Below, piece after piece: positions 46,867 to 55,359 of a stretch of 64,000 nucleotides of DNA. The stretch is taken from sequence record MW349128.1; one strand, written 5' to 3'. The position numbers and the translations under genes were made by a program. Every line of letters starts with the position of its first letter. Within the stretch, counting starts at the first letter, position 1. Below the pieces are notes generated by a model, which was given only the letters and a program-made list of their open reading frames with translations, did not search any database and was not told where the DNA came from. The stretch is from Staphylococcus phage Machias.

Positions 46867-47715
46867 ATGAAAAACAATAGAGACGTTTCAGATGAATTAG
46901 AAAGAATTATATCTAATGTAGACGAAGTTGATGTTAAATCAGTATTTAAAGATGTCAGATATACTGAATTAAATGATGAAATGGAAGATCAAGAAGAGCA
47001 ATCAAATTCTTCAAAATATCATGGTAGTATACAAGGAATTGTTACTAAAGAAGAATATGATAAATTACCTTATTTAGGTAAAAAGGTAATCCAATTTATG
47101 GAAAATATTGTAGGCGATAAAGAAGGAATGACTTTCGAAGAATATTTTGAAAGATATGCTAAAGTATATGGTGAAGGTGAAATCGATTCATTTAAAAACA
47201 CTATGTATAGATTAAAGAGTAGTAAAGTATTTACTATACATTCATTAATTAGTATTTGTGAAGTAATCGGATATAAAGTTTCATTAGTTTCAGAAGAATT
47301 TAAAGATAAAGATGAATTAACTTTATATAATCCTAAAAGAAAAACTAAGACATCTAAATTTTCAGGTAAACTAGGATTTAAATTAATGCCGGATGTTTTA
47401 TATGAAGAATATATATTAGAATTTGTGGATTTCTTAGAAATATTAGGTAATGAAGGTTATACATTTGAAATGTTATTTGGTGAGCTAGAAAAGAATTCAG
47501 ATGAAGTTAATGTAGTAAGTAAATTAAAATCATCTTTAGATAAAATGATCAAACAAGGAAAATTAACTTGGAAGACTATGGAAACAGTCATCAATTCTTT
47601 AGGAATGAATTTAAAAATAGAATTCATTAAAGAAACAATAGATACAGATGAGATAAATAAAATGGATGCAAGTAATAAAATAGAACTTTCTGATGATGAT
47701 ATTATTAGAGGTTAA
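46867..47715 (+). CDS. hypothetical acidic protein (282 aa)
   Basis: RBS taaggagatt. Confidence 0.5.
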   Translation: MKNNRDVSDELERIISNVDEVDVKSVFKDVRYTELNDEMEDQEEQSNSSKYHGSIQGIVTKEEYDKLPYLGKKVIQFMENIVGDKEGMTFEEYFERYAKVYGEGEIDSFKNTMYRLKSSKVFTIHSLISICEVIGYKVSLVSEEFKDKDELTLYNPKRKTKTSKFSGKLGFKLMPDVLYEEYILEFVDFLEILGNEGYTFEMLFGELEKNSDEVNVVSKLKSSLDKMIKQGKLTWKTMETVINSLGMNLKIEFIKETIDTDEINKMDASNKIELSDDDIIRG

Positions 47716-47724
47716 AAATATAAT

Positions 47725-47754
47725 CCCCAATACCTATTAATTTAGGTATTGGGG
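47725..47754. terminator. bidirectional terminator, conserved family (CCCCAATACCT / ATTAATTT / AGGTATTGGGG)
   Basis: between convergent genes; CCCAATAC stem family. Confidence 0.75.
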
Positions 47755-47772
47755 AAATTTTATTATTTTTTT

Positions 47773-49692
47773 TTATTCTAAAGATCCTTCATCAGTTGAC
47801 TCTGGAGATTCTTCTACTTGTGATGTAGAAATATTAACATTAATATCTTTACTTACACTATCAGAAACAACTTTAACTTTAGAAGTTCCTTCAGCTTTAG
47901 CAGTTACAAGACCGTTATTGTCAACTGAAGCAAATTCAGATCCTTCAGTAATAGAGTAACTTACAGGGTTTCCTTTAGGATCTGTAGTTACTGTTAATTG
48001 TTGAGTTTCATTATCTTTCATATCAACACTATCAGGAGTAACTGTTAGACTTTTAGTCTTTACTCTAGTTACATTAACGCTAACTGTCTTACTTACACTA
48101 TCAGAAACAACCTTAACTTTAGCAGTTCCTACAGCTTTAGCAGTTACAAGACCACTACTATTAACTGAAGCAAATTCAGATCCTTCAGTAATAGAATAGT
48201 TTACAGGGTTTCCTTTAGGATCTGTAGTTACTGTTAATTTTTGAGTTGATTCTGCATCTATGTTAATTGTTTGTGGATTAACATTTATGCTTTTAGTCTT
48301 TACTCTAGTTACATTAACATTAACTGTCTTACTAATAGAATCAGAACTTACTTTAATTTTAGCAGTTCCTACAGCTTTAGCAGTTACAAGACCGTTATTG
48401 TCAACTGAAACGTATTCAGAGCCTTCAGTAATAGAATAATTTACAGTATTTGTAGATGGTTGAATTTTAACGTCTAACTGTTGATATGATTCTGCATCTA
48501 TGTTAACTTCTTCTGGAGTAACAGTTAGACTTTTAGTCTTTAAACGACTTACATTAACCTTTACATCTTTAGAAACATTATCTGATTTAACTGTAACAGT
48601 TGCAGTTCCTTCAGAAATACCAGTAATATTTCCTTTATTATCTAATGAAGCAAATTCAGAACCGTCTTTTAATTCAAAGCTTACTTTTCTTCCTTCAGGT
48701 TCAGTAGTAACTTCTAATTGTTGAGTTCCTTCAGCTTCAATATTAACTGTTTCTGGAGTAACATTTATACTTTTAGTTTGATTAATGCTTTCAAATTTTC
48801 CATCTTTAGGATTATAAACAGAATATTCAAGTTTTTTATCAATTTCTTTTTGTGCAGTTTCTTCACTTAAAATACGTACATTAAAGTTAATGATATTGTC
48901 TTGAATGTTTCTTTCAATAACTTTAACAACTATTTTTCCTTCTTTACTATAGAAGAATAAGCGATTTTTATTACGTTCAAATTTAGCAAAGCTAGTATCA
49001 CTAACTTCAACTGATAATAATTGTAATAAATTCTCTTTACTTATAGGAGTTACTTCTTTAGAATCAAAGTCTTTATATCCTACAATTTTCTCTAAAGGTA
49101 ATACAGATTCTTTATATACATTAATATCTTGTTGTAATTGAACAAGACGACCTGTAATTTTACCATATTCTTTTACTTGAATAAATACTTCATCATGTAC
49201 TCTTTCAAAAAGATCTTTATGACCTTCAGAAATAGCAATGTCATAATTTTCATCTGCATCTTCAGGGAAGTATAATCTTAATTTGTATTCTTCATCAATT
49301 TCAAGATCAGAAGTAGGTATACTTAATATTTCATTTTTAATATCTTTAACATTATGTGTACTTACAACTGTTTTATCAGATAATTTGATTAAATCAAATT
49401 TAAGTAAACCAAATACATCACGAGCATCAACAGGATTTACATAGAAAGGAACATTAATAAATTTATCTTGTTCTCCTTCAGTTTTGAAATAAATAGTACG
49501 TCTATCATATTTAATTTTTCCAGTTTCAGGTAAAGGTGTAACATCAGTAATAGTCCAACCAGCTTGTTTTAAACTAGCTAAATCACTACCAGAAAGAATA
49601 ACATTTTCTCTAGGACCGTATTCTTTATAACCTAAAAATGGAATTATTTTTTCGTCTAATACTTTCACTTTATAAAAGTTAGTAGTTGCCAT
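47773..49692 (-). CDS. virion-associated protein with N-terminal shared attachment module and five C-terminal tandem Ig-like (Big_2-type) repeats
   Basis: ~75-aa repeats (VTPE-VNIDAES-QQLTVTTDPKGNPVNYSITEGSEFASV-NNGLVTAKAVGTAKVKVVSDSVSKTVNVNVTR) x5; N-terminal KIIPFLGYKEYGPRENVILSGSDLASLKQAGW shared with 49713(-) and 54034(-). Confidence 0.65.
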   Translation of the reverse strand: MATTNFYKVKVLDEKIIPFLGYKEYGPRENVILSGSDLASLKQAGWTITDVTPLPETGKIKYDRRTIYFKTEGEQDKFINVPFYVNPVDARDVFGLLKFDLIKLSDKTVVSTHNVKDIKNEILSIPTSDLEIDEEYKLRLYFPEDADENYDIAISEGHKDLFERVHDEVFIQVKEYGKITGRLVQLQQDINVYKESVLPLEKIVGYKDFDSKEVTPISKENLLQLLSVEVSDTSFAKFERNKNRLFFYSKEGKIVVKVIERNIQDNIINFNVRILSEETAQKEIDKKLEYSVYNPKDGKFESINQTKSINVTPETVNIEAEGTQQLEVTTEPEGRKVSFELKDGSEFASLDNKGNITGISEGTATVTVKSDNVSKDVKVNVSRLKTKSLTVTPEEVNIDAESYQQLDVKIQPSTNTVNYSITEGSEYVSVDNNGLVTAKAVGTAKIKVSSDSISKTVNVNVTRVKTKSINVNPQTINIDAESTQKLTVTTDPKGNPVNYSITEGSEFASVNSSGLVTAKAVGTAKVKVVSDSVSKTVSVNVTRVKTKSLTVTPDSVDMKDNETQQLTVTTDPKGNPVSYSITEGSEFASVDNNGLVTAKAEGTSKVKVVSDSVSKDINVNISTSQVEESPESTDEGSLE

Positions 49693-49712
49693 TATCAGTT
49701 AAACTTCCTTTC

Positions 49713-50237
49713 TTATTTTGAGTTTTCTTTTAATAATTCAATTAAATCTTTTTTACGTGCATTATTTGGATATTCAATGCCTTTTGAATCTAATTCATCT
49801 TTAAGTTCAGCAACAGTGAATTCATTTAAATCTTCTTCACTAATTTCTGATTCTTCTTTAGAATTATCTTCTTGAGGTTCATCTACTTTTTCATCAACTG
49901 ACTGTTCTTCATTACTTCCTTCAGAAACTTCGCTCTCTTCTTTGCTTTCTGAAGAGTCGCTTTCCTCATCTTTCTTTGTCTCAACTGTTGTATCATTATT
50001 TTCTTCAACATTGACTTCTTCATTCTTTTCAGCTTTTTCTTCTTTTTTATTATCTTTATCACTAGGATATTCATAATCTTCATCCACTACTGTTACTTGT
50101 AAACCTAAACGTCTATATAAACGAATTTGAGATCCTGTAGCAATAAATGGTTTAACAAAAGGTCCTTTACCTTTACCAGGAACAAATGCTTTTTCATTAA
50201 TAATAATGAAATTATTATCTTCATTGAAATTTAACAT
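49713..50237 (-). CDS. protein with shared N-terminal module (AFVPGKGKGPFVKPFIATGSQIRLYRRLGL), acidic linker and C-terminal SAP-like DNA-binding motif
   Basis: LNEFTVAELKDELDSKGIEYPNNARKKDLIELLKE fits the SAP helix-extended-helix pattern. Confidence 0.5.
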   Translation of the reverse strand: MLNFNEDNNFIIINEKAFVPGKGKGPFVKPFIATGSQIRLYRRLGLQVTVVDEDYEYPSDKDNKKEEKAEKNEEVNVEENNDTTVETKKDEESDSSESKEESEVSEGSNEEQSVDEKVDEPQEDNSKEESEISEEDLNEFTVAELKDELDSKGIEYPNNARKKDLIELLKENSK

Positions 50238-50287
50238 ATAATTTTCTTTCCTTTCATCTTTATTATTTTATTATATAAAAAAGTTAA

Positions 50288-50313
50288 AAAGGGATTTTAT
50301 AAAAATCCCTTTA
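50288..50313. terminator. terminator hairpin (AAAGGGATTTT / ATA / AAAATCCCTTT)
   Basis: perfect inverted repeat between genes 49713(-) and 50323(-). Confidence 0.7.
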
Positions 50314-50322
50314 AGAACTTAA

Positions 50323-51120
50323 TTAACTAAATGTACCCCATGCAGCACCAATACGTTGTCCTTTACCATTTGATTTACCAATTGGTACATAAACATATTG
50401 ACCTTTAAAGTTACCTGATACCCAAATATGTCCATCGAAATCTTGAATTTCATCATATTTAATAGTATCACCTTTCTTCATAAATGGACCTTGAGCCCAT
50501 CCAGTCCATGGACCATTTTTACGAGTAATAATTCCTGAAGAAACATTACATGTGAATTTAGCTTTTTCAGTTTTCCATAGAATACCTGCTGAGTTGCGTT
50601 TCCAAGTATTAGTTGTAGACGCTTTCTTAGGAGCTGCTTTCTTAACTACTTTTTTCTTAGGAGCCGCTTTCTTAGGAGTTGCTTTCTTAGTAGCTGTACT
50701 ACCAAAAGCTGGACGAATTACTCCCCAGAAACCTGTATAATCATGAAATACTTTAGCTGCCGGTGAACCGTTACTTCCTGCATTAAACCAGTTTTGGTCA
50801 ACTGAATAGAAGTTATTTAAGTTAGCTGAAGTAATAATACCTGTATGACCATAAACATCATAAGGTGCATAAGCCCAAATAGCAATATCACCAGGTTGAG
50901 GTAAGAATGATGGAGTATTTTTAATTAATTTCCATCCAGCTGGCATTGTGTTGTCTTTAAGATTAATTGCATTACCCCAAGGACGGAAAGAACCACCTGA
51001 GATGTAATTACAGTAACCTATAGTTAAATCCATACACTGAGCTCCATACCAACCATCAAAATCTAGTCTACGACCAATGCGGTTGTTAACCCAATCAAGA
51101 GCTTGAGTTTTTGTTTTCAT
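50323..51120 (-). CDS. peptidoglycan hydrolase: N-terminal CHAP domain plus C-terminal SH3b (SH3_5) cell-wall-binding domain
   Basis: CHAP catalytic-Cys region WYGAQCMDL and downstream His (VYGHTG); C-terminal WKRNSAGILWKTEKAKF...GNFKGQYVYVP..AWGTFS resembles staphylococcal SH3b (lysostaphin/LysK type). Confidence 0.8.
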   Translation of the reverse strand: MKTKTQALDWVNNRIGRRLDFDGWYGAQCMDLTIGYCNYISGGSFRPWGNAINLKDNTMPAGWKLIKNTPSFLPQPGDIAIWAYAPYDVYGHTGIITSANLNNFYSVDQNWFNAGSNGSPAAKVFHDYTGFWGVIRPAFGSTATKKATPKKAAPKKKVVKKAAPKKASTTNTWKRNSAGILWKTEKAKFTCNVSSGIITRKNGPWTGWAQGPFMKKGDTIKYDEIQDFDGHIWVSGNFKGQYVYVPIGKSNGKGQRIGAAWGTFS

Positions 51121-51191
51121 ATAGAATTCAAATCCTTTCTTTATTCCATTTTATATATTTATAATAACCTGTTCTTCTATTAAAGAAATAA

Positions 51192-51222
51192 GTCCTAACG
51201 CTCTATATGAACGTTAGGACAA
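51192..51222. terminator. terminator hairpin (GTCCTAACG / loop / CGTTAGGAC)
   Basis: 9-bp stem after the stop of 51236(-). Confidence 0.6.
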
Positions 51223-51235
51223 TTAAATTAATAAA

Positions 51236-52198
51236 TTAACTAAATGTACCCCATGCTGGCCCTACACGTTTACCATTTCCTGTTGATTTACCAACCGGTA
51301 CATAAACATATTGACCTTTAAAGTTACCTGATACCCAAATATAACCATCAAAATCTTGAATTTCATCATATTTAATAGTATCTCCTTTAGCCATAAATGG
51401 ACCTTGCGGCCATCCAGTCCATGGACCACCTTTACGAGTTTTAATACCTACTGAAACACCACATTTAAATGTAGCTTTTTCAGTTTTCCATAGAATACCT
51501 GCAGAATTACGTTTCCAAGTTTTAGAAGTTACAGTTGAAGTTTTAGCTGGTTTAGCTGGAGCTTTCTTAGCAACTTCTTCTTTAGTAGCAACTTTAGTTG
51601 TTTTACTGTCTTTTGCAGTCGAAGTAACACCAGATTTCATATAAGCTAATACTTTTTTATCTACATTAGAAACACTACGAGACATACCGCACGCAGCTAA
51701 TAAGTTACCTGGATCTTGTTTATCTGCCTGAATATCTTGATGTCCAGGCATATTTGTGCTAGCGTTAATCTTATATGTTTTACATAAATAAGCTAATACA
51801 CGACAGTAATTATCAAATGATTTTAATGAACGATTACGGTCTGAGAAGTAACATCCTTCTACACCGATAGCACCGTCATTAGCATCAATACCGTACCAAG
51901 AGTTATCAGTTGGTGTATTGTACATAACATGCCAAGCTTTTTCATCTAAAGGAACACAAATAATGCATTCTTTATCGTCAACAAAGATATGAGCTGATGC
52001 TGTGTAGTTCCAATCGATATTATATGAATTACGATAGTAATCAACATTATTTTGAGCCGTTGTATTCGGGTTTCCTGTGTCATGAGCAACAATAAATTTA
52101 GGTCCGTTAAGCTTATCTCCAGCTCTACGAGTACCTATTGGTAAAAAATCAGTATATACAGGAACACCGTTCCATGTACCGATATGTTTTTTAGCCAT
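51236..52198 (-). CDS. endolysin: N-acetylmuramoyl-L-alanine amidase (amidase_2/PGRP-like) plus C-terminal SH3b domain
   Basis: N-terminal FIVAHDTGNPNTTAQNNVDYY... amidase_2-like; C-terminal SH3b nearly identical to that of 50323(-). Confidence 0.75.
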   Translation of the reverse strand: MAKKHIGTWNGVPVYTDFLPIGTRRAGDKLNGPKFIVAHDTGNPNTTAQNNVDYYRNSYNIDWNYTASAHIFVDDKECIICVPLDEKAWHVMYNTPTDNSWYGIDANDGAIGVEGCYFSDRNRSLKSFDNYCRVLAYLCKTYKINASTNMPGHQDIQADKQDPGNLLAACGMSRSVSNVDKKVLAYMKSGVTSTAKDSKTTKVATKEEVAKKAPAKPAKTSTVTSKTWKRNSAGILWKTEKATFKCGVSVGIKTRKGGPWTGWPQGPFMAKGDTIKYDEIQDFDGYIWVSGNFKGQYVYVPVGKSTGNGKRVGPAWGTFS

Positions 52199-52239
52199 AA
52201 AAAATTTCCTCCATTTATTTTTATTATATTTACTTGTTC

Positions 52240-52473
52240 TTATTCTTCTTCTTTACTAGACCATTCTTCAGTATTCATAATATCTTGGGCTTCAGCTGCA
52301 TCAACAACTAAAACATTTTCTTCCTCTTGAATTCCATTATCTAAAATTTCAGCATATTCTAGATGACAAATAGTTTTATTTCCATCTACAGATTTTCTCC
52401 AATATTTAGTACTATATCCTAATTTCTCAAAAAATTCTACATTTGCAATTACAAATTTCATTACAAGTTCCAC
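52240..52473 (-). CDS. small acidic hypothetical protein (77 aa; no TM, so not an obvious holin)
   Basis: ORF between the lysin and LamG genes. Confidence 0.4.
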   Translation of the reverse strand: MELVMKFVIANVEFFEKLGYSTKYWRKSVDGNKTICHLEYAEILDNGIQEEENVLVVDAAEAQDIMNTEEWSSKEEE

Positions 52474-53300
52474 CTTTCTTTTTCTAAATTATAGTTGTAC
52501 TGAATTTCTTGTTCAGTAAGCACTCTATCGTAAATTTTCATTGAATAGAGTTCATGTTCAAATCTTCTATAATAAGCTGTAGCATCTCCTTGACCTAAAA
52601 ATACTTTAAAATCTGTTTCTTGAGAAGTTGTAATTGTAATATCATTTAAAGGTTTCTCATCCTTTTTTACCCCATTTACATATAATGTAATTTTGTCGTT
52701 TTTATCAACTGTAGATACTAGATGAAATTCATCGCCATATTTATATCCTTCTGATTTACTAAATGAATAGGTACTTCTACCACCTTCAGCTCCATAGTAA
52801 GTAGAAGCAGAAATACTATATTCCTCAGAAGAAACTATATTATTGTCCTTTATAAACTGTAACCAAAATCTACCATATGTTTTACTGGTCATAAAAATTT
52901 CAGATCCTTTTTCTATAAGTTTATCTGACATTTTTAGTGTCATTTCAACTGAAAATTTTTGACCATTGTTAATTTTCTTCATATCTAACTGACTTACCGT
53001 TCCGTCAGGGTGTTTTGCCATAGGTATAATTCTATCATCAATACCATCAAATTTTAATCCTTTATTATAACCACTTTCAGAGTTATATAGGAAATTAAAA
53101 TGTTGTGCGTTTTCAGTAGATCTTCCAGTTAGGTCTTTGGTAACACCTTTATTAGTATCAATATTTTTCATACCATTAAAATCATACCATAAAACTAATC
53201 CATCTTTAATTGGGTTAGGGTATATTAATTTACTACCTTGATAAACAAAAGATATGGGATTATTGCCTAATCTAATTGTATTCATAATTATAACCCCCAT
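52461..53300 (-). CDS. LamG/concanavalin-A-like (Laminin_G_3) jellyroll protein, probable receptor-binding/tail-fibre component (paralogue A)
   Basis: N-terminal YQGSKLIYPNPIKDGLVLWYDF; C-terminal MKIYDRVLTEQEIQYNYNLEKERWNL (typical Laminin_G_3 ending). Confidence 0.6.
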   Translation of the reverse strand: MGVIIMNTIRLGNNPISFVYQGSKLIYPNPIKDGLVLWYDFNGMKNIDTNKGVTKDLTGRSTENAQHFNFLYNSESGYNKGLKFDGIDDRIIPMAKHPDGTVSQLDMKKINNGQKFSVEMTLKMSDKLIEKGSEIFMTSKTYGRFWLQFIKDNNIVSSEEYSISASTYYGAEGGRSTYSFSKSEGYKYGDEFHLVSTVDKNDKITLYVNGVKKDEKPLNDITITTSQETDFKVFLGQGDATAYYRRFEHELYSMKIYDRVLTEQEIQYNYNLEKERWNL

Positions 53301-54028
53301 CTTTCTTTTTCTAACTGATAATTATGTTTGATTTCTTCTTCAGTAAGAGTTCTGTTATATATTCTAGTTGACATTAAACTTCCTTCTAAATCATTCATAA
53401 TCTCTATATCAAACATTTTTTCATATTGAGGTTTTATTTCTGTAGTGTTTGATCCGTTTTCTTTATAATCTCCATTAATATAACATTTAATTCCATTAGG
53501 ACTGAAAACTGCAGTAAAATGAAAAGCTTCTGAACCAACCTCGAATACATTTCTCGATAGGTAATTTCTATTCCATCCATCTTCCTTTAAAGAATTTTTC
53601 ATGCACAACATCAATTGATTTGAATCATGATAAGTTAAGGACCAACCCATATAATAACCACAATATATTATATGATTTGTTCCACTATTTTCAGTTGCAT
53701 TCATTTTTCCAGTCCATTCTACAGTTAAATTATCTAACATAAATCTACCATCAGAACCATCAACAATTATCTTGTCATCTATTCCGTCAAAATTAAGATT
53801 ATTATTACTATATCCACTTTCACTATTAAAAGCAAAATTATTTAATTTTCCATCATTATCAATATTTATCATATTTTTTGCAATACTTTTATTAGCACTA
53901 TCATTTTTCATGCTTGCAAAATCATACCATAGAATTAAACCATCTTTAATAGGATTCGGATAGATTAAATCTTTACCTTTATATAGAAAAGATGATTTAA
54001 GACTTCCTATATTTATCATTTTAGTCAT
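53288..54028 (-). CDS. LamG/concanavalin-A-like jellyroll protein (paralogue B of 52461..53300)
   Basis: LYKGKDLIYPNPIKDGLILWYDF ... TRIYNRTLTEEEIKHNYQLEKERWGL. Confidence 0.6.
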   Translation of the reverse strand: MTKMINIGSLKSSFLYKGKDLIYPNPIKDGLILWYDFASMKNDSANKSIAKNMINIDNDGKLNNFAFNSESGYSNNNLNFDGIDDKIIVDGSDGRFMLDNLTVEWTGKMNATENSGTNHIIYCGYYMGWSLTYHDSNQLMLCMKNSLKEDGWNRNYLSRNVFEVGSEAFHFTAVFSPNGIKCYINGDYKENGSNTTEIKPQYEKMFDIEIMNDLEGSLMSTRIYNRTLTEEEIKHNYQLEKERWGL

Positions 54029-54033
54029 CCTTT

Positions 54034-55188
54034 CTATATAATAAAGTAAAGAGTATTAGGGTCTTTTTCTTCTAAAGTTTCATACTCTTCTCTAGTAAAA
54101 ACTTTAGGAGGAGCTGAATCACCTTTTTCACCTTTTAAGTTAGATAACTGTCCCTCAGTGAAATCAGAATATTTGAAGGGGTCGCCTTTTTCACCTTTTA
54201 ATTCTTCTTTATCTTTAGTAGTTAAATCATTAAAAGTTAATTTATCTCCTTTTTCACCTTTTAATTCATTTAACTGTTCTTCTGTAAAATCAGAATATTT
54301 GAAGGGGTCGCCTTTTTCACCTTTTAAGTTAGATAACTGTTCCTCTGTAAAATCAGAATATTTGAACGGTTCTCCTTGAGGGCCTTGAGGACCTTGATCA
54401 CCTTCATACATTTCAGCATTTTCTATCATATAATTTTTAAGATTCTCTTTATAATCTAATAAATTATTTTCAAAATCGTTTATTCTATTATTAAATGATT
54501 CTTGTGAAGATTTTAATTCTTCAGATTTATCTTTTATAAGGTTTAATTTTTCTTCAACTTTAATTACACTATTTTCCATATCCTTAATATAATTTGCAGT
54601 TTCACTTAAACTTTGCATTTCATCATTAAGACTCATTGTATTGTTATAATTACTATTGAACTGTTCTTTGACTTTTTCAAAATCAGATAAAGTGGCTTTC
54701 ATATCATTCAACTTAGTATTCATATCTTCTATTGTTGAAATCACATCTTCTTTTTCAGATTGAAGATCTGATTTTTTATTTTCTATGCTGTTTTTAAATT
54801 CATCAAGATCACTTAAGTATGCATCAAGATTATCAGTGTCAATTGAATTTTCTTTAACTTTGTTAAATTTATCTTCCATTTCTTTATTAATCTTTTCACT
54901 GTCATTAGACATAATCTTTATTTGTTTAAGTATTTCATTAACTTGTAGATACTTTAGTTCAATAAATTCTTCTACCGATTTTATTTCTTCAACTTCGTAT
55001 TTCCCATCTTCATTTATATCTACATAATCATATTCAGTTATTCTCTTATATTGTATATTCATTAAGTCATATAATTTTAAAATATCTTTATCAACATAAA
55101 AAGGTTTATTTATTGGTCCCATTCCTTTATTAGGTATATATGTTTTATGGGGAACCGTTATTAAAACTTTACCATCTTCTTTATTCAA
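54034..55188 (-). CDS. fibre-like virion protein: shared N-terminal module, central coiled-coil, C-terminal collagen-like / KGEKGDPFKYSDFTEEQLSNL x4 repeats
   Basis: GDQGPQGPQGEP Gly-X-Y triplets; four ~21-aa tandem repeats; N-terminal TYIPNKGMGPINKPFYVDKDILKLY shared module. Confidence 0.6.
   Translation of the reverse strand: MNKEDGKVLITVPHKTYIPNKGMGPINKPFYVDKDILKLYDLMNIQYKRITEYDYVDINEDGKYEVEEIKSVEEFIELKYLQVNEILKQIKIMSNDSEKINKEMEDKFNKVKENSIDTDNLDAYLSDLDEFKNSIENKKSDLQSEKEDVISTIEDMNTKLNDMKATLSDFEKVKEQFNSNYNNTMSLNDEMQSLSETANYIKDMENSVIKVEEKLNLIKDKSEELKSSQESFNNRINDFENNLLDYKENLKNYMIENAEMYEGDQGPQGPQGEPFKYSDFTEEQLSNLKGEKGDPFKYSDFTEEQLNELKGEKGDKLTFNDLTTKDKEELKGEKGDPFKYSDFTEGQLSNLKGEKGDSAPPKVFTREEYETLEEKDPNTLYFII
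54110..54380. repeat. ~63-bp tandem DNA repeats (x4) encoding the KGEKGDPFKYSDFTEEQLSNL repeat
   Basis: near-identical units GGGGTCGCCTTTTTCACCTTTTAA...; these create the spurious + strand ORF 54158..54379. Confidence 0.7.
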
Positions 55189-55359
55189 AAGGTTTCTCCT
55201 ACTTTCTGTTTAAATTTTTTCAAATAAATCCCCCTAATACACTTTATAAATCGATGATTGTCTCTTATTTTTAAATTGGCTCATCGTTTAGTAATGTATT
55301 AGGGTATTTATTCAAAACAGCGAAAAATAATTAATATTATATAATAATGTTATAAAATT

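Noticed and set aside
54158-54379. + strand ORF with repeated KSEYLKGSPFSPF peptide.
   Set aside because: It is the reverse-frame shadow of the 63-bp tandem repeats that encode the KGEKGDPFKYSDFTEEQL repeats of the minus-strand fibre gene.
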